Positions 10,044-18,336 of a DNA stretch of 46,681 nt are shown here, in pieces (the first letter of the stretch is position 1; every line of letters begins with the position of its first letter). The notes beneath the pieces are model-generated. The model made no database searches. It was not told where the DNA came from and saw nothing but the letters and a program-made list of their open reading frames with translations. Source of the DNA: an uncultured Gemmatimonas sp. (GTDB lineage: Bacteria > Gemmatimonadota > Gemmatimonadetes > Gemmatimonadales > Gemmatimonadaceae); NCBI GenBank assembly GCA_964588045.1, contig CAZPON010000001.1, forward strand, positions 1-46,681, written 5' to 3'. Made by a program: the position numbers and the translations under genes.

Positions 10044-10171
10044 ACGTGTCGCGTTGGTGGCATGAGCAATGCCGACGGCCCATCGAACTGGAAGAGGAAA
10101 TCTATCGTGTCGCGCACCCGTGGTAGACTGGAAGTCTCCCGTCTCGCCTCTCCGTTCTCCCGTCTCGACTC

Positions 10172-11353
10172 ATGAGTATCCTCGCCATCGACACGCTGGG
10201 CGCGTTCTGTCGACACACCCACGTCGCTGTGACTGGCGCCGAGGAAGGCCCGTTGGCCGGCCTCTCGTTCGGGCTCAAGGACATCTACGACATTGCGGGC
10301 CACAAGACCGGCTTCGGCAGCCCGGACTGGCTCGCGACGCACGATGTCGCTCGCGCGACGGCCTCGGTGGCCACCAAGCTGCTCGATGCCGGCGCCAACT
10401 TGCTCGGCAAGACGCACACGGAGGAAATGGCGTTCAGTCTCACCGGCGAAAACGCGCACTACGGCACGCCCGTGAACCCCGCTGCACCCGGTCGTATTCC
10501 CGGTGGCTCCTCCAGTGGCTCGGCGGCGGCGGTGGCCGGAGGACTCGTCGATTTCGCCATCGGCAGCGACACCGGCGGCTCGGTGCGCGCGCCGGCCAGT
10601 TTCTGCGGCATCTACGGCATTCGTCCCACCCACGGTCGCATCGCGCTCGATGGCGTATGTCCGCTGGCACCGGGCTTCGACACCTGCGGCTGGTTCACGC
10701 GCGATGCGTCGCTGCTCGCACAGGTTGGCCGCGTGCTGTTTGGTGACACGGACCGCGCGACGCCCCGCCCCGGGCAACTTCTGCTCGCACCAGACGCCTT
10801 CGCGTTCGCGATGCCCGACGCCGCTGCCGCGCTCGAACCCGCGGTACAGCGCGTCAGCGCACTCCTGGGCCGGGCGGATCCTGTCACCGTCAGCACTGAA
10901 GGCCTGTCCGCGTGGTTCGATGTCTTTCGCGTACTGCAGTTCAGTGAGATTCACGAGACGCACGGCGCGTGGGTGCGACGCGCCAATCCGTTGTTCGGTC
11001 CGCAGATCAAGCCGCGCTTCGAGGCCGTCGCGAAGAGTGATCCGGTTCAGGTCGCCCGCATGCGCGTCGTGCGCGACGACATTCGATCGCGGCTCGATGC
11101 GCTGCTGGCACACAACGCCGTGTTGATGTTGCCGACCATGCCCGACATCGCGCCGCTGCTGCAGTCACCGCCCGATACCACCGTCGCCTTTCGCGAACGC
11201 GCCCTGGGCCTGTTGTGCATCGCCGGGCTCGGCGGACTGCCGCAGGTCAGCCTGCCATTGGCGTCACTGCACGGATGCCCGCTGGGATTGTCACTGATCG
11301 CCGCCCGCGGCAACGACGAGATGCTGCTTGAGGTGGCGCGGCAGCTGGGTTGA
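10172..11353 (+). CDS. Amidase (amidase-signature family)
   Basis: KD, GGSSSGSAAAVA and GSDTGGSVRAPA (Lys-Ser-Ser triad). Confidence 0.93.
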   Translation: MSILAIDTLGAFCRHTHVAVTGAEEGPLAGLSFGLKDIYDIAGHKTGFGSPDWLATHDVARATASVATKLLDAGANLLGKTHTEEMAFSLTGENAHYGTPVNPAAPGRIPGGSSSGSAAAVAGGLVDFAIGSDTGGSVRAPASFCGIYGIRPTHGRIALDGVCPLAPGFDTCGWFTRDASLLAQVGRVLFGDTDRATPRPGQLLLAPDAFAFAMPDAAAALEPAVQRVSALLGRADPVTVSTEGLSAWFDVFRVLQFSEIHETHGAWVRRANPLFGPQIKPRFEAVAKSDPVQVARMRVVRDDIRSRLDALLAHNAVLMLPTMPDIAPLLQSPPDTTVAFRERALGLLCIAGLGGLPQVSLPLASLHGCPLGLSLIAARGNDEMLLEVARQLG

Positions 11354-11383
11354 CGCTGCCAGCAATGTCATTACTGTTATTAC
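11350..11383 (+). promoter_or_regulatory. Putative leaderless promoter/operator of the TA operon
   Basis: TTGACG-N16-TACTGT-N6-ATG; AT-rich repeats gtcattac/gttattac next to the start. Confidence 0.5.
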
Positions 11384-11725
11384 ATGACTCCGATTCACTT
11401 GACTGTCGCCCGTATTGGCAATTCCCGTGGCGTGCGTATTCCCGCCGTGACGCTCAAGCGTTTCCACATCGGCGACCGCGTCATCATGGAAGAACGCGAG
11501 GAGGGTATTCTCCTTCGCCCGATCCGCGCACCGGGCCCCAAGTTGTCGTGGGAGGACACCGCCCTCGCCATGGCGCTCGAGAGCGAAGACTGGAGTGATT
11601 GGGATGTGACGCTCAGCGATGGCCTGGAGCAGCTCGATTGGGAAGAGCGGGCTCCGAAACGGGTGGCTGAACACCCGGCGGAGTATGTCGCCAGGACGCC
11701 CAAGGCGCGACGGCCACCAACGTGA
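11384..11725 (+). CDS. AbrB/MazE-type antitoxin
   Basis: IGNSRGVRIP swapped-hairpin motif; acidic DWSDWD...DGL tail; overlaps the toxin gene (GTGA). Confidence 0.9.
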   Translation: MTPIHLTVARIGNSRGVRIPAVTLKRFHIGDRVIMEEREEGILLRPIRAPGPKLSWEDTALAMALESEDWSDWDVTLSDGLEQLDWEERAPKRVAEHPAEYVARTPKARRPPT

Positions 11726-12042
11726 AGCGCTACGAGATTCGTTGGGCGAATCTCGATCCGACCACAGGCGCCGAGATGGCCAAGCGCCGACCTGTTGTCA
11801 TCGTCAGCCTCGACGCGCTCAACCTGCGGTTGCAGACAGTGACAGTCTGCCCACTCACGTCGCACTTGCATCCGACGTGGCGCTCGCGACTGGCGGTGCG
11901 TGTCGCACGCAAGCGCGCCGAAATCGCGGCCGATCAGATCAGGACCATCAGCAAGTCGCGCCTCGGCGACAAACTCGGCGCACTCTCGGCAGGGGACGCC
12001 GCCAAATTGCGGCGTCTCCTTACCGAGATGTACGGCGAATAG
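11722..12042 (+). CDS. PemK/MazF family toxin
   Basis: WANLDPTTGAEMAKRRPVVIVS, VCPLTS and DQIRTISKSRL. Confidence 0.93.
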   Translation: MKRYEIRWANLDPTTGAEMAKRRPVVIVSLDALNLRLQTVTVCPLTSHLHPTWRSRLAVRVARKRAEIAADQIRTISKSRLGDKLGALSAGDAAKLRRLLTEMYGE

Positions 12043-12064
12043 GTGCGCAGTCCCAACGACGTCC

Positions 12065-15058
12065 TCAGCGCTCCTCCATCCATCTGTCTTCCAGCACCTC
12101 GATCGTCTTCACCAGACTGACGCCGTTCACCAGCAACGTCACCTTGTAGACGCCCGGCGGAACGCTCGGCGCACCGCCACCGCCGCCACGCCCGCCACCA
12201 CCCACCGCGCCTGCCGGTTGATCGGGCGCAAGATTCCACAGCACGCGGTTGATGCCGGCGTCCTTCGTGCCAGTGAGGTTGGCGATCACCCGTCCCGTGA
12301 CGTCGGAAATGGTGATCTTCACGTCGCCACCGGCCGCGGCGCGCAAATGGTAGCTGATGAACGCGCCACGCGGTGCGTTCTCACCGCGGAAGACCTGCTG
12401 TCCGGTGACTTGCTGGCCGAGCTTGCGGTCGTTGAGCCACGCGACCGCCGGACGCGGGTCGAACAGCGTGGCGTCCGCCGACAGCACGGCCGGCGTCAAT
12501 TGCTGCAGCGGCGTGATGTCGTCGGCAATCCAGATGCCGCGTCCGTGGGTCCCGACGATCAGGTCACCATCGCGCGGATGCACCATGATGTCGTCCGTCC
12601 GCACCGTCGGGAAGTTGTTCATGAACTTCTGCCAACTGCCGCCGGCGTTGGTCGAGACGTACACGCCGAACTCCGTGCCGACGAACAACAGGTTGCGGTT
12701 CTTCGGGTCTTCCGTGACGACCTGCACGTTGCCGTACGACGGCAACCCGCTCGTGATGGACGTGAACGTGCGACCGAAATCCTTCGTGACGTAGAGGTAC
12801 GGCTTGAGGTCGTTGCTGCGATGTCCGTCCACCGCCACGTACGCCGTCGCCGTGTCGAATTGCGAGGCCACGACGCGCGACACCCAGTGGAAATTCCCGG
12901 GCGGCAACCCGGGGAGATTTTTTCCGACATCCGTGAAGGTCGCCATGTTATCACGGGTGACCTGCAGGCTGCCGTCGTCGGTGCCGACCCACACGAGGCC
13001 CGGCTTGATCGGAGACTCCGACAGCGCGATGATCGTGCTGTACTGCGTCAGGCCGTCGTTCTTGGACAGCATGCGCTCACTGCCCTTCGCGCCCATGATG
13101 TCGACGGTGTTGCGGTCGAACTGCTTCGTGACATCGGCGCCCGCGATCCACGTCTCGCCACGGTCATAGGAGCGGAACAAGCGGTTGCCGCCGAGCCACA
13201 GGACGTTCGAGTTGTGCGACGAGAGCTGGAACGGCGTGTTCCAGTTGTAGCGGTACTGATCACCCGGCGCGGCGTTCACCACGTTGGGATTTCCGCCGCG
13301 GCCGCCACCGCCGCCACCGCCGCCGCGTCCACCGCCAGGCGCTCCTGCCGCAGCGGGCACATCGACCGGCGGAGGCGGAGGCGGCGCCGCGGGACGGATG
13401 CTTCCGCCACGGCCGGTGCGCAGGTCCAGCCGGTTCGTGTTGCCGTTCTGCGACTCGGCGTACACGATGTTGAAGTCGACGGGATCCTGGCCGGTGAAGA
13501 AGCCATCGCCGCCGCCGATGTTGAACCAGTCGGAGTTCAGGATGCCGTTGTTGTGGCGACGCGAACTCGGACCACACCAACTGCCGTTGTCCTGCAAGCC
13601 GCTGCACACCCAGTACGGCCGGCGCATGTCGGCCGACACATCGTAGTGGAGCGATGTCGCCATCGTCTTCACCGAGACCCAGTTGCGGCCCTGGTCGTAG
13701 CTGATATCGAGGCCGCCGTCATTGCCGTTCAGGATGTGATTCGGGTCTTTCGGATCGATCCAGATGGCGTGCACATCGACGTGACCCGCCGTGCCATGGC
13801 CGCCCGCCGCGTTCAGCGTGACGAACGTCTTGCCACCGTCCAGCGACTTCGCGATCGGCAGGCCGGCCACGTACACCGCGTTCGGATTCTGCGGATCGAC
13901 GCGGATCTGGCTGAAGTACATGGGGCGCGCATTGCAGTTGCTGACGATGCGCCACGCGCCGCCGGCGTTGTCCGAGCGATAGATGCCGCTGGCGGCCGGA
14001 TTGAGCGCCGGTGCCGTCTGCGGCTGCCCGGGCGCGCCACCACGACCACCACCACCGCCGCGTCCGGCAGCGAACCCGCCGCCAGGTCCGCCGTTGTTGC
14101 ACCAGTCGAAGCCGCCGCCACCGCCGCCGCCACCGCGCGCGGGCTCGTCACCTTCGGCCTGGCCAACCGGTCCCGTTTCGATCTGCACGTAGACCACGCT
14201 CGGATTCGAGCGCGAGACATCGAGCGCGATGCGACCGTACGTGCCGGCCGGCAGGCCGTTGCCGGTCATCCGCGTCCACGTACCACCGCCGTTCGTCGTC
14301 TTCCAGATGCCGCTGCCCGGACCACCGCCGTTGAAGCAGCAGTGTGTGCGCCGCCGCTGATAGCTGGCCGCGTACAGTACGTTCGGATTCGACCGGTCGA
14401 TGGCGATGTCGGTGAATCCGGTGTTCTCGTCGATGTACTTGATCTTCGTCCACGTCCCACCGCCATTGGTGGTCTTGTAGATGCCGCGCTCTTCGCTCGG
14501 GCCGAACAGCGGACCGAGGACGGCTGCGTACACCGTCTCCGGATTCTTCGGATCGATGACGACACGCGCAATCGTCTGTGTTTCGCGAAGGCCCTGCAAC
14601 TGCCACGTCTTGCCACCGTCCGTGGTCTTGTACATGCCGCCGCCGAACGACGACGTCTGGCGGTTGTTCGCCTCGCCGGAGCCGGCGTAGACGATGTTCG
14701 GATTCGTGGGGTGAATCGCCAGGTCACCGAATGACGCCACTTCGTACGTGTCGAAGACCGGCGTGAACGTCGTGCCGTTGTTCTCGGACTTCCAGATGCC
14801 GCCGGTGGCATAGCCGAGATAGATGATGGACGGGTTGCTCTCCGAGACTTCGATGTCATGGATGCGTCCACCCATGCTCGCCGGTCCGATGCTGCGGAGC
14901 CGGAAACTCCTGAGCAACGGGTCGGTCGACTGGTTGATCATCGGGGTCGCGGACGTCGATGCGGCGCCTCCGCCCTGCGCCGCGAGCGGCGTCATGACAG
15001 GCGAGCACAGCAACGCGACGAGGGCGAACGGCGGGAACCTTCGCGTTCGATGAGGCAT
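12065..15058 (-). CDS. Secreted VPS10/sortilin-like BNR-repeat beta-propeller protein
   Basis: RSIGPASMGGRI; many Asp-box repeats (KSENNGTTF, KTTDGGKTW, SYDQGRNW); GTHGRGIW; Gly-rich inserts. Start placed at ATG 15058. Confidence 0.88.
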   Translation of the reverse strand: MPHRTRRFPPFALVALLCSPVMTPLAAQGGGAASTSATPMINQSTDPLLRSFRLRSIGPASMGGRIHDIEVSESNPSIIYLGYATGGIWKSENNGTTFTPVFDTYEVASFGDLAIHPTNPNIVYAGSGEANNRQTSSFGGGMYKTTDGGKTWQLQGLRETQTIARVVIDPKNPETVYAAVLGPLFGPSEERGIYKTTNGGGTWTKIKYIDENTGFTDIAIDRSNPNVLYAASYQRRRTHCCFNGGGPGSGIWKTTNGGGTWTRMTGNGLPAGTYGRIALDVSRSNPSVVYVQIETGPVGQAEGDEPARGGGGGGGGFDWCNNGGPGGGFAAGRGGGGGRGGAPGQPQTAPALNPAASGIYRSDNAGGAWRIVSNCNARPMYFSQIRVDPQNPNAVYVAGLPIAKSLDGGKTFVTLNAAGGHGTAGHVDVHAIWIDPKDPNHILNGNDGGLDISYDQGRNWVSVKTMATSLHYDVSADMRRPYWVCSGLQDNGSWCGPSSRRHNNGILNSDWFNIGGGDGFFTGQDPVDFNIVYAESQNGNTNRLDLRTGRGGSIRPAAPPPPPPVDVPAAAGAPGGGRGGGGGGGGRGGNPNVVNAAPGDQYRYNWNTPFQLSSHNSNVLWLGGNRLFRSYDRGETWIAGADVTKQFDRNTVDIMGAKGSERMLSKNDGLTQYSTIIALSESPIKPGLVWVGTDDGSLQVTRDNMATFTDVGKNLPGLPPGNFHWVSRVVASQFDTATAYVAVDGHRSNDLKPYLYVTKDFGRTFTSITSGLPSYGNVQVVTEDPKNRNLLFVGTEFGVYVSTNAGGSWQKFMNNFPTVRTDDIMVHPRDGDLIVGTHGRGIWIADDITPLQQLTPAVLSADATLFDPRPAVAWLNDRKLGQQVTGQQVFRGENAPRGAFISYHLRAAAGGDVKITISDVTGRVIANLTGTKDAGINRVLWNLAPDQPAGAVGGGGRGGGGGAPSVPPGVYKVTLLVNGVSLVKTIEVLEDRWMEER

Positions 15059-15128
15059 GGCGGGATCCGGTTGGTAGTGCTTGCGGGAAAGCAGGCCGAC
15101 ACAACGCTGCCGCGAGGTGCAGCACTCG

Positions 15129-15157
15129 ATTATCCCGCCGGAATCGCCCCTGGTCAA
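15129..15157 (-). promoter_or_regulatory. Putative sigma70 promoter of the VPS10-like gene
   Basis: Minus strand reads TTGACC-N17-GATAAT about 70 bp upstream of the ATG. Confidence 0.5.
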
Positions 15158-15174
15158 GCAGGCAGCCCCTGACA

Positions 15175-17643
15175 CTACCCCTCCCGCAACACCTCCATCG
15201 GATCGATCGCTGCCGCGCGGCGCGCCGGCAACCATCCCGACACCGCTGCCACCGACGCCAGCAGCAGCATCGCAGCGCCAATCGTCACCGGATCGGTTGG
15301 GGCCAGCCCGAACAGCAGCGTCGAAACGAACCGTGACGCCCACCAGCTCGCCAACGCGCCGATGACGATGCCGCCCAGCACCAGCGCGCCCACCCGCGCG
15401 AGCACCATGCGCACCACCGTGCGCGGTGTCGCACCAAGCGCCATGCGAATCCCCAGCTCGGCGCGGCGGCGTATCACCGAGTACGAGGTCACGCCGTAGA
15501 GCCCCAGCGCCGCCAGTAGCAGCGCGAGCACGCCAAAAAAGCCGGACAGCATCGCAATCAGTCGTTCCTGCGAAAGCGCGGCGTCGACGACATCGTCGAG
15601 CGTCCGAAAGCTCACCGTGAGGTCGGCATTCACCCCCGTCACGGCCGCTGTGAGGCTCCGCGCGAGTGACGCCTGCTGCGCGGCCGGCGAGCGGACCGTG
15701 AGGTAGACGCCCGACGGCGGCCCCGCATCGAGCTGCGCCATCGGTTGATACATCGTGGGGCTGAGCGGCTCGCGCAGTTCGTTATACACCGCGTCGGCGA
15801 CTTCACCGATGATCTCGATGTCCTGTGCCGGCTCCCGGCGCGATGCGGGCTGTCGCACGATCTTGCCGATGGGATTCTCGCCGTCGAGGTACTTCACGGC
15901 GAATTGTCGGTTCACCACCGCCACGCGCGTGCTGCCAATCCGATCACGCGCGTCGAAGTCGCGTCCGGCGACGATCCGCGTCCCCATCGTCTTGAACCAT
16001 CCTGGCGTGATGAAGTTCAAGTTGATGATCCGCTGCGCCTCCGGAAGTTCCGGGCGCCCCGGGAACTCGAAGTTGTTGTTCCAGACCATGCCGGTGGACG
16101 GCGTGATGGCGCTGATCGCCGCATCGGTCACCCCCGGCACGGCGGTCACGGCGTCGCGCACGCGCTCGTACAGCGACATGCGGGCGGCGGAATCCAGTCC
16201 GGTGCGCTGCGAACCGACCGTGACCACCAGCGCACGCTCCGGCACGAAGCCCAGTTCCACCTGCGCCAGCGACACGAACGTGCGCATGAAGAGCCCGGCC
16301 GCCACAAGCAGCAGCAATGACAGCGACACCTGCGCCAGCACCAGCGATCCGGCCAGACCCAGGCGCCGACCCGCGGAGTTGCCGCGCCCTTGCTCCTTCA
16401 TCGCTTCCATCGGCGGCACGCGCGATGCCAGCAGCGTGGGGGCGATGCCGAACAGCAGCGTGGTCACGATGGCGATGAGCGACGTGAACCCCAGCATGCG
16501 CCAGTCGATGCCGACATCGAGAAACACCCGGTTCGTGGTCGTGGCAATCTGCGCCACGATCAGCCGGCTTCCCCACCATGCGAACAACACGCCAAGGGCC
16601 GCGCCGATGCCCGAAAGCACCAGGTTTTCCCCGAACAACTGCCGCGCCAGTCGCCACCGCGAAGCGCCCAATGCGGTGCGCACCGCGAACTCGTGTCGTC
16701 GCGCCGTAGTGCGAGCCAGCATGAGGTTGGCGATGTTGCCGCACGCGATGAGCAGCGTGAACGCCACCACGGCCGTGAGCGCGAACAGCGGACGCTCGTA
16801 GCGGGTGCGCAGGCCCGACGTTCCCGCCGATGCTGGGATCATCGAAAGCGGTCCGGTCAGGTATCGCTCGGCATCCTGCGGACGGTAGCCCGGCGGAATT
16901 GTCTCGTCGCGAATGCCCGGCTGCGCGGCACGCAGGGCAGCCGTGGCCTGCTCCGCCGACTGGCCCGGCTTGAGTCGCGCAAAAATATTCATCCACCAGT
17001 ACGACCGCTGGTCGAGTGCGCTTTCGGCGCCGCGCACCAGCGGCTCGGTGCCCAGCGGCACGATCACGTCCACGCTGCGACCGACTTCATGGCCAAAGAA
17101 GGACCTCGGCGCGACGCCGATGATCGTGTAGTTCACCCGATCGAGCGTAACGGTCTTGCCGAGCACATCGGGTTGCCCGCCGTATCGCGCCTGCCAGAAC
17201 TTGTGGCTGATGACGGCCACCGGACCGTCCGGGCCACCGCCGCGCGCATCGTCGGCAACGGTGAACATCCGCCCAACCGCCGGGCTGACGCCGAGCACGT
17301 TGAAGTAGTCGCCGCTGGCGAACATGCCTTCCACCGGATCGACCTCGCCCCCCTTGGCGGCGTTGAAGCGCATGCGGCCGGCGGCAAACGCACCATCGAA
17401 GAGCGTCGGTCGGGCGCGGATCGATTCCCAGATGGGATTCGTCCACGAGCCGCGCCGCTCTCCCTCCCGCACCACCACGAGTCGTTCAGCATGCGCCACG
17501 GGCAGCGAACGCAGGATCAGTGCATCGACGATCGAGAAGATCGCGGTGTTGGCGCCAATCCCGAGGGCGAGCGAAAGAATCGCCACGAGCGACACCAGCG
17601 GAGTCGCGCGCAGCGAACGGAGGGCGCTTTTGAGGTCCGTCAT
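15175..17643 (-). CDS. ADOP-type duplicated MacB/FtsX ABC permease
   Basis: LALGIGANTAIFS, LLIACGNIANL, two RxALGA motifs and C-terminal PARRAAAIDPMEVLRE. Confidence 0.92.
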   Translation of the reverse strand: MTDLKSALRSLRATPLVSLVAILSLALGIGANTAIFSIVDALILRSLPVAHAERLVVVREGERRGSWTNPIWESIRARPTLFDGAFAAGRMRFNAAKGGEVDPVEGMFASGDYFNVLGVSPAVGRMFTVADDARGGGPDGPVAVISHKFWQARYGGQPDVLGKTVTLDRVNYTIIGVAPRSFFGHEVGRSVDVIVPLGTEPLVRGAESALDQRSYWWMNIFARLKPGQSAEQATAALRAAQPGIRDETIPPGYRPQDAERYLTGPLSMIPASAGTSGLRTRYERPLFALTAVVAFTLLIACGNIANLMLARTTARRHEFAVRTALGASRWRLARQLFGENLVLSGIGAALGVLFAWWGSRLIVAQIATTTNRVFLDVGIDWRMLGFTSLIAIVTTLLFGIAPTLLASRVPPMEAMKEQGRGNSAGRRLGLAGSLVLAQVSLSLLLLVAAGLFMRTFVSLAQVELGFVPERALVVTVGSQRTGLDSAARMSLYERVRDAVTAVPGVTDAAISAITPSTGMVWNNNFEFPGRPELPEAQRIINLNFITPGWFKTMGTRIVAGRDFDARDRIGSTRVAVVNRQFAVKYLDGENPIGKIVRQPASRREPAQDIEIIGEVADAVYNELREPLSPTMYQPMAQLDAGPPSGVYLTVRSPAAQQASLARSLTAAVTGVNADLTVSFRTLDDVVDAALSQERLIAMLSGFFGVLALLLAALGLYGVTSYSVIRRRAELGIRMALGATPRTVVRMVLARVGALVLGGIVIGALASWWASRFVSTLLFGLAPTDPVTIGAAMLLLASVAAVSGWLPARRAAAIDPMEVLREG

Positions 17644-17729
17644 CCCGTGAGCATGTCGTGGGGAAAGGAAGGGTGGGGCTGATGCCCCAGCCCTTGGACA
17701 ACGCGCACTTCCGAAGGGTTGTCCGAGGG

Positions 17730-18233
17730 TCAGCCCTTCACGACCCGGACCGTGACCGACAGTTGCCCGACATGCCGCATGGCATGCTCCGCCCCGTGCA
17801 CCAGGCATCCAATCACGGTCGACGGCAATTGCGCGCGCCCGATACCGCGGAAGTCGCCCAGCGTGCTGGTGTCGATCGTCGTCAGTTCTGCCACCGCCGC
17901 CTCGACGCGGGCGTCGAGCTCGGCCAGCACCGCCGGCACCTCATTGAGCACCATGACCGGCTCGCGTTCTCGCTTCAGCGCGGCCCGCTGCGCGTCGGTC
18001 AGCGCATCACCACGCGCATAGGCAAACAGCCGGTCGATGACCCCCGTGATGTGCCGCACGTGGAACGCCGCCGAGGCCACGTCGGCCGGTCGCGCGTTCC
18101 ACTGGGCTTCGGTGAGGCCCGGCACCATCTCGTGCACGCTTTCGCGAACCTGCAACAGGATGTGCGCCACGGGCTGCAAGACCGCCGGCACGCCGTCCAC
18201 CGGTCCGCGTTGCCACCACTCTGTCTCGGCCAT
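17730..18233 (-). CDS. DinB/YfiT-like four-helix metalloprotein (not DNA polymerase IV)
   Basis: SAAFHVRHITG and HGAEHAMRHVGQ His motifs; alternative GTG start at 18242. Confidence 0.85.
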   Translation of the reverse strand: MAETEWWQRGPVDGVPAVLQPVAHILLQVRESVHEMVPGLTEAQWNARPADVASAAFHVRHITGVIDRLFAYARGDALTDAQRAALKREREPVMVLNEVPAVLAELDARVEAAVAELTTIDTSTLGDFRGIGRAQLPSTVIGCLVHGAEHAMRHVGQLSVTVRVVKG

Positions 18234-18336
18234 CGTCACCACTCCACTGCCGTTTGTTGAAGATCACCTGTTGCTCGCGAGAGATTCGCATCGAAGATCA
18301 TAACGCGGCCGCGCGACAACCCGATATGTTCCCGTC

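Noticed and set aside
10044..10171. Short repeats (tctcccgtctcg x2, actggaag x2) in a divergent intergenic region
   Set aside because: Too short and irregular for a CRISPR array or a defined element.
11900..14734. 944-aa plus-strand ORF
   Set aside because: Antisense shadow of the VPS10-like gene; no motifs; expected in high-GC DNA.
17730..18233. DinB gene next to PolB as a mutasome
   Set aside because: This is the DinB/YfiT helical family, not Y-family Pol IV, and no imuA/imuB/dnaE2 is present.
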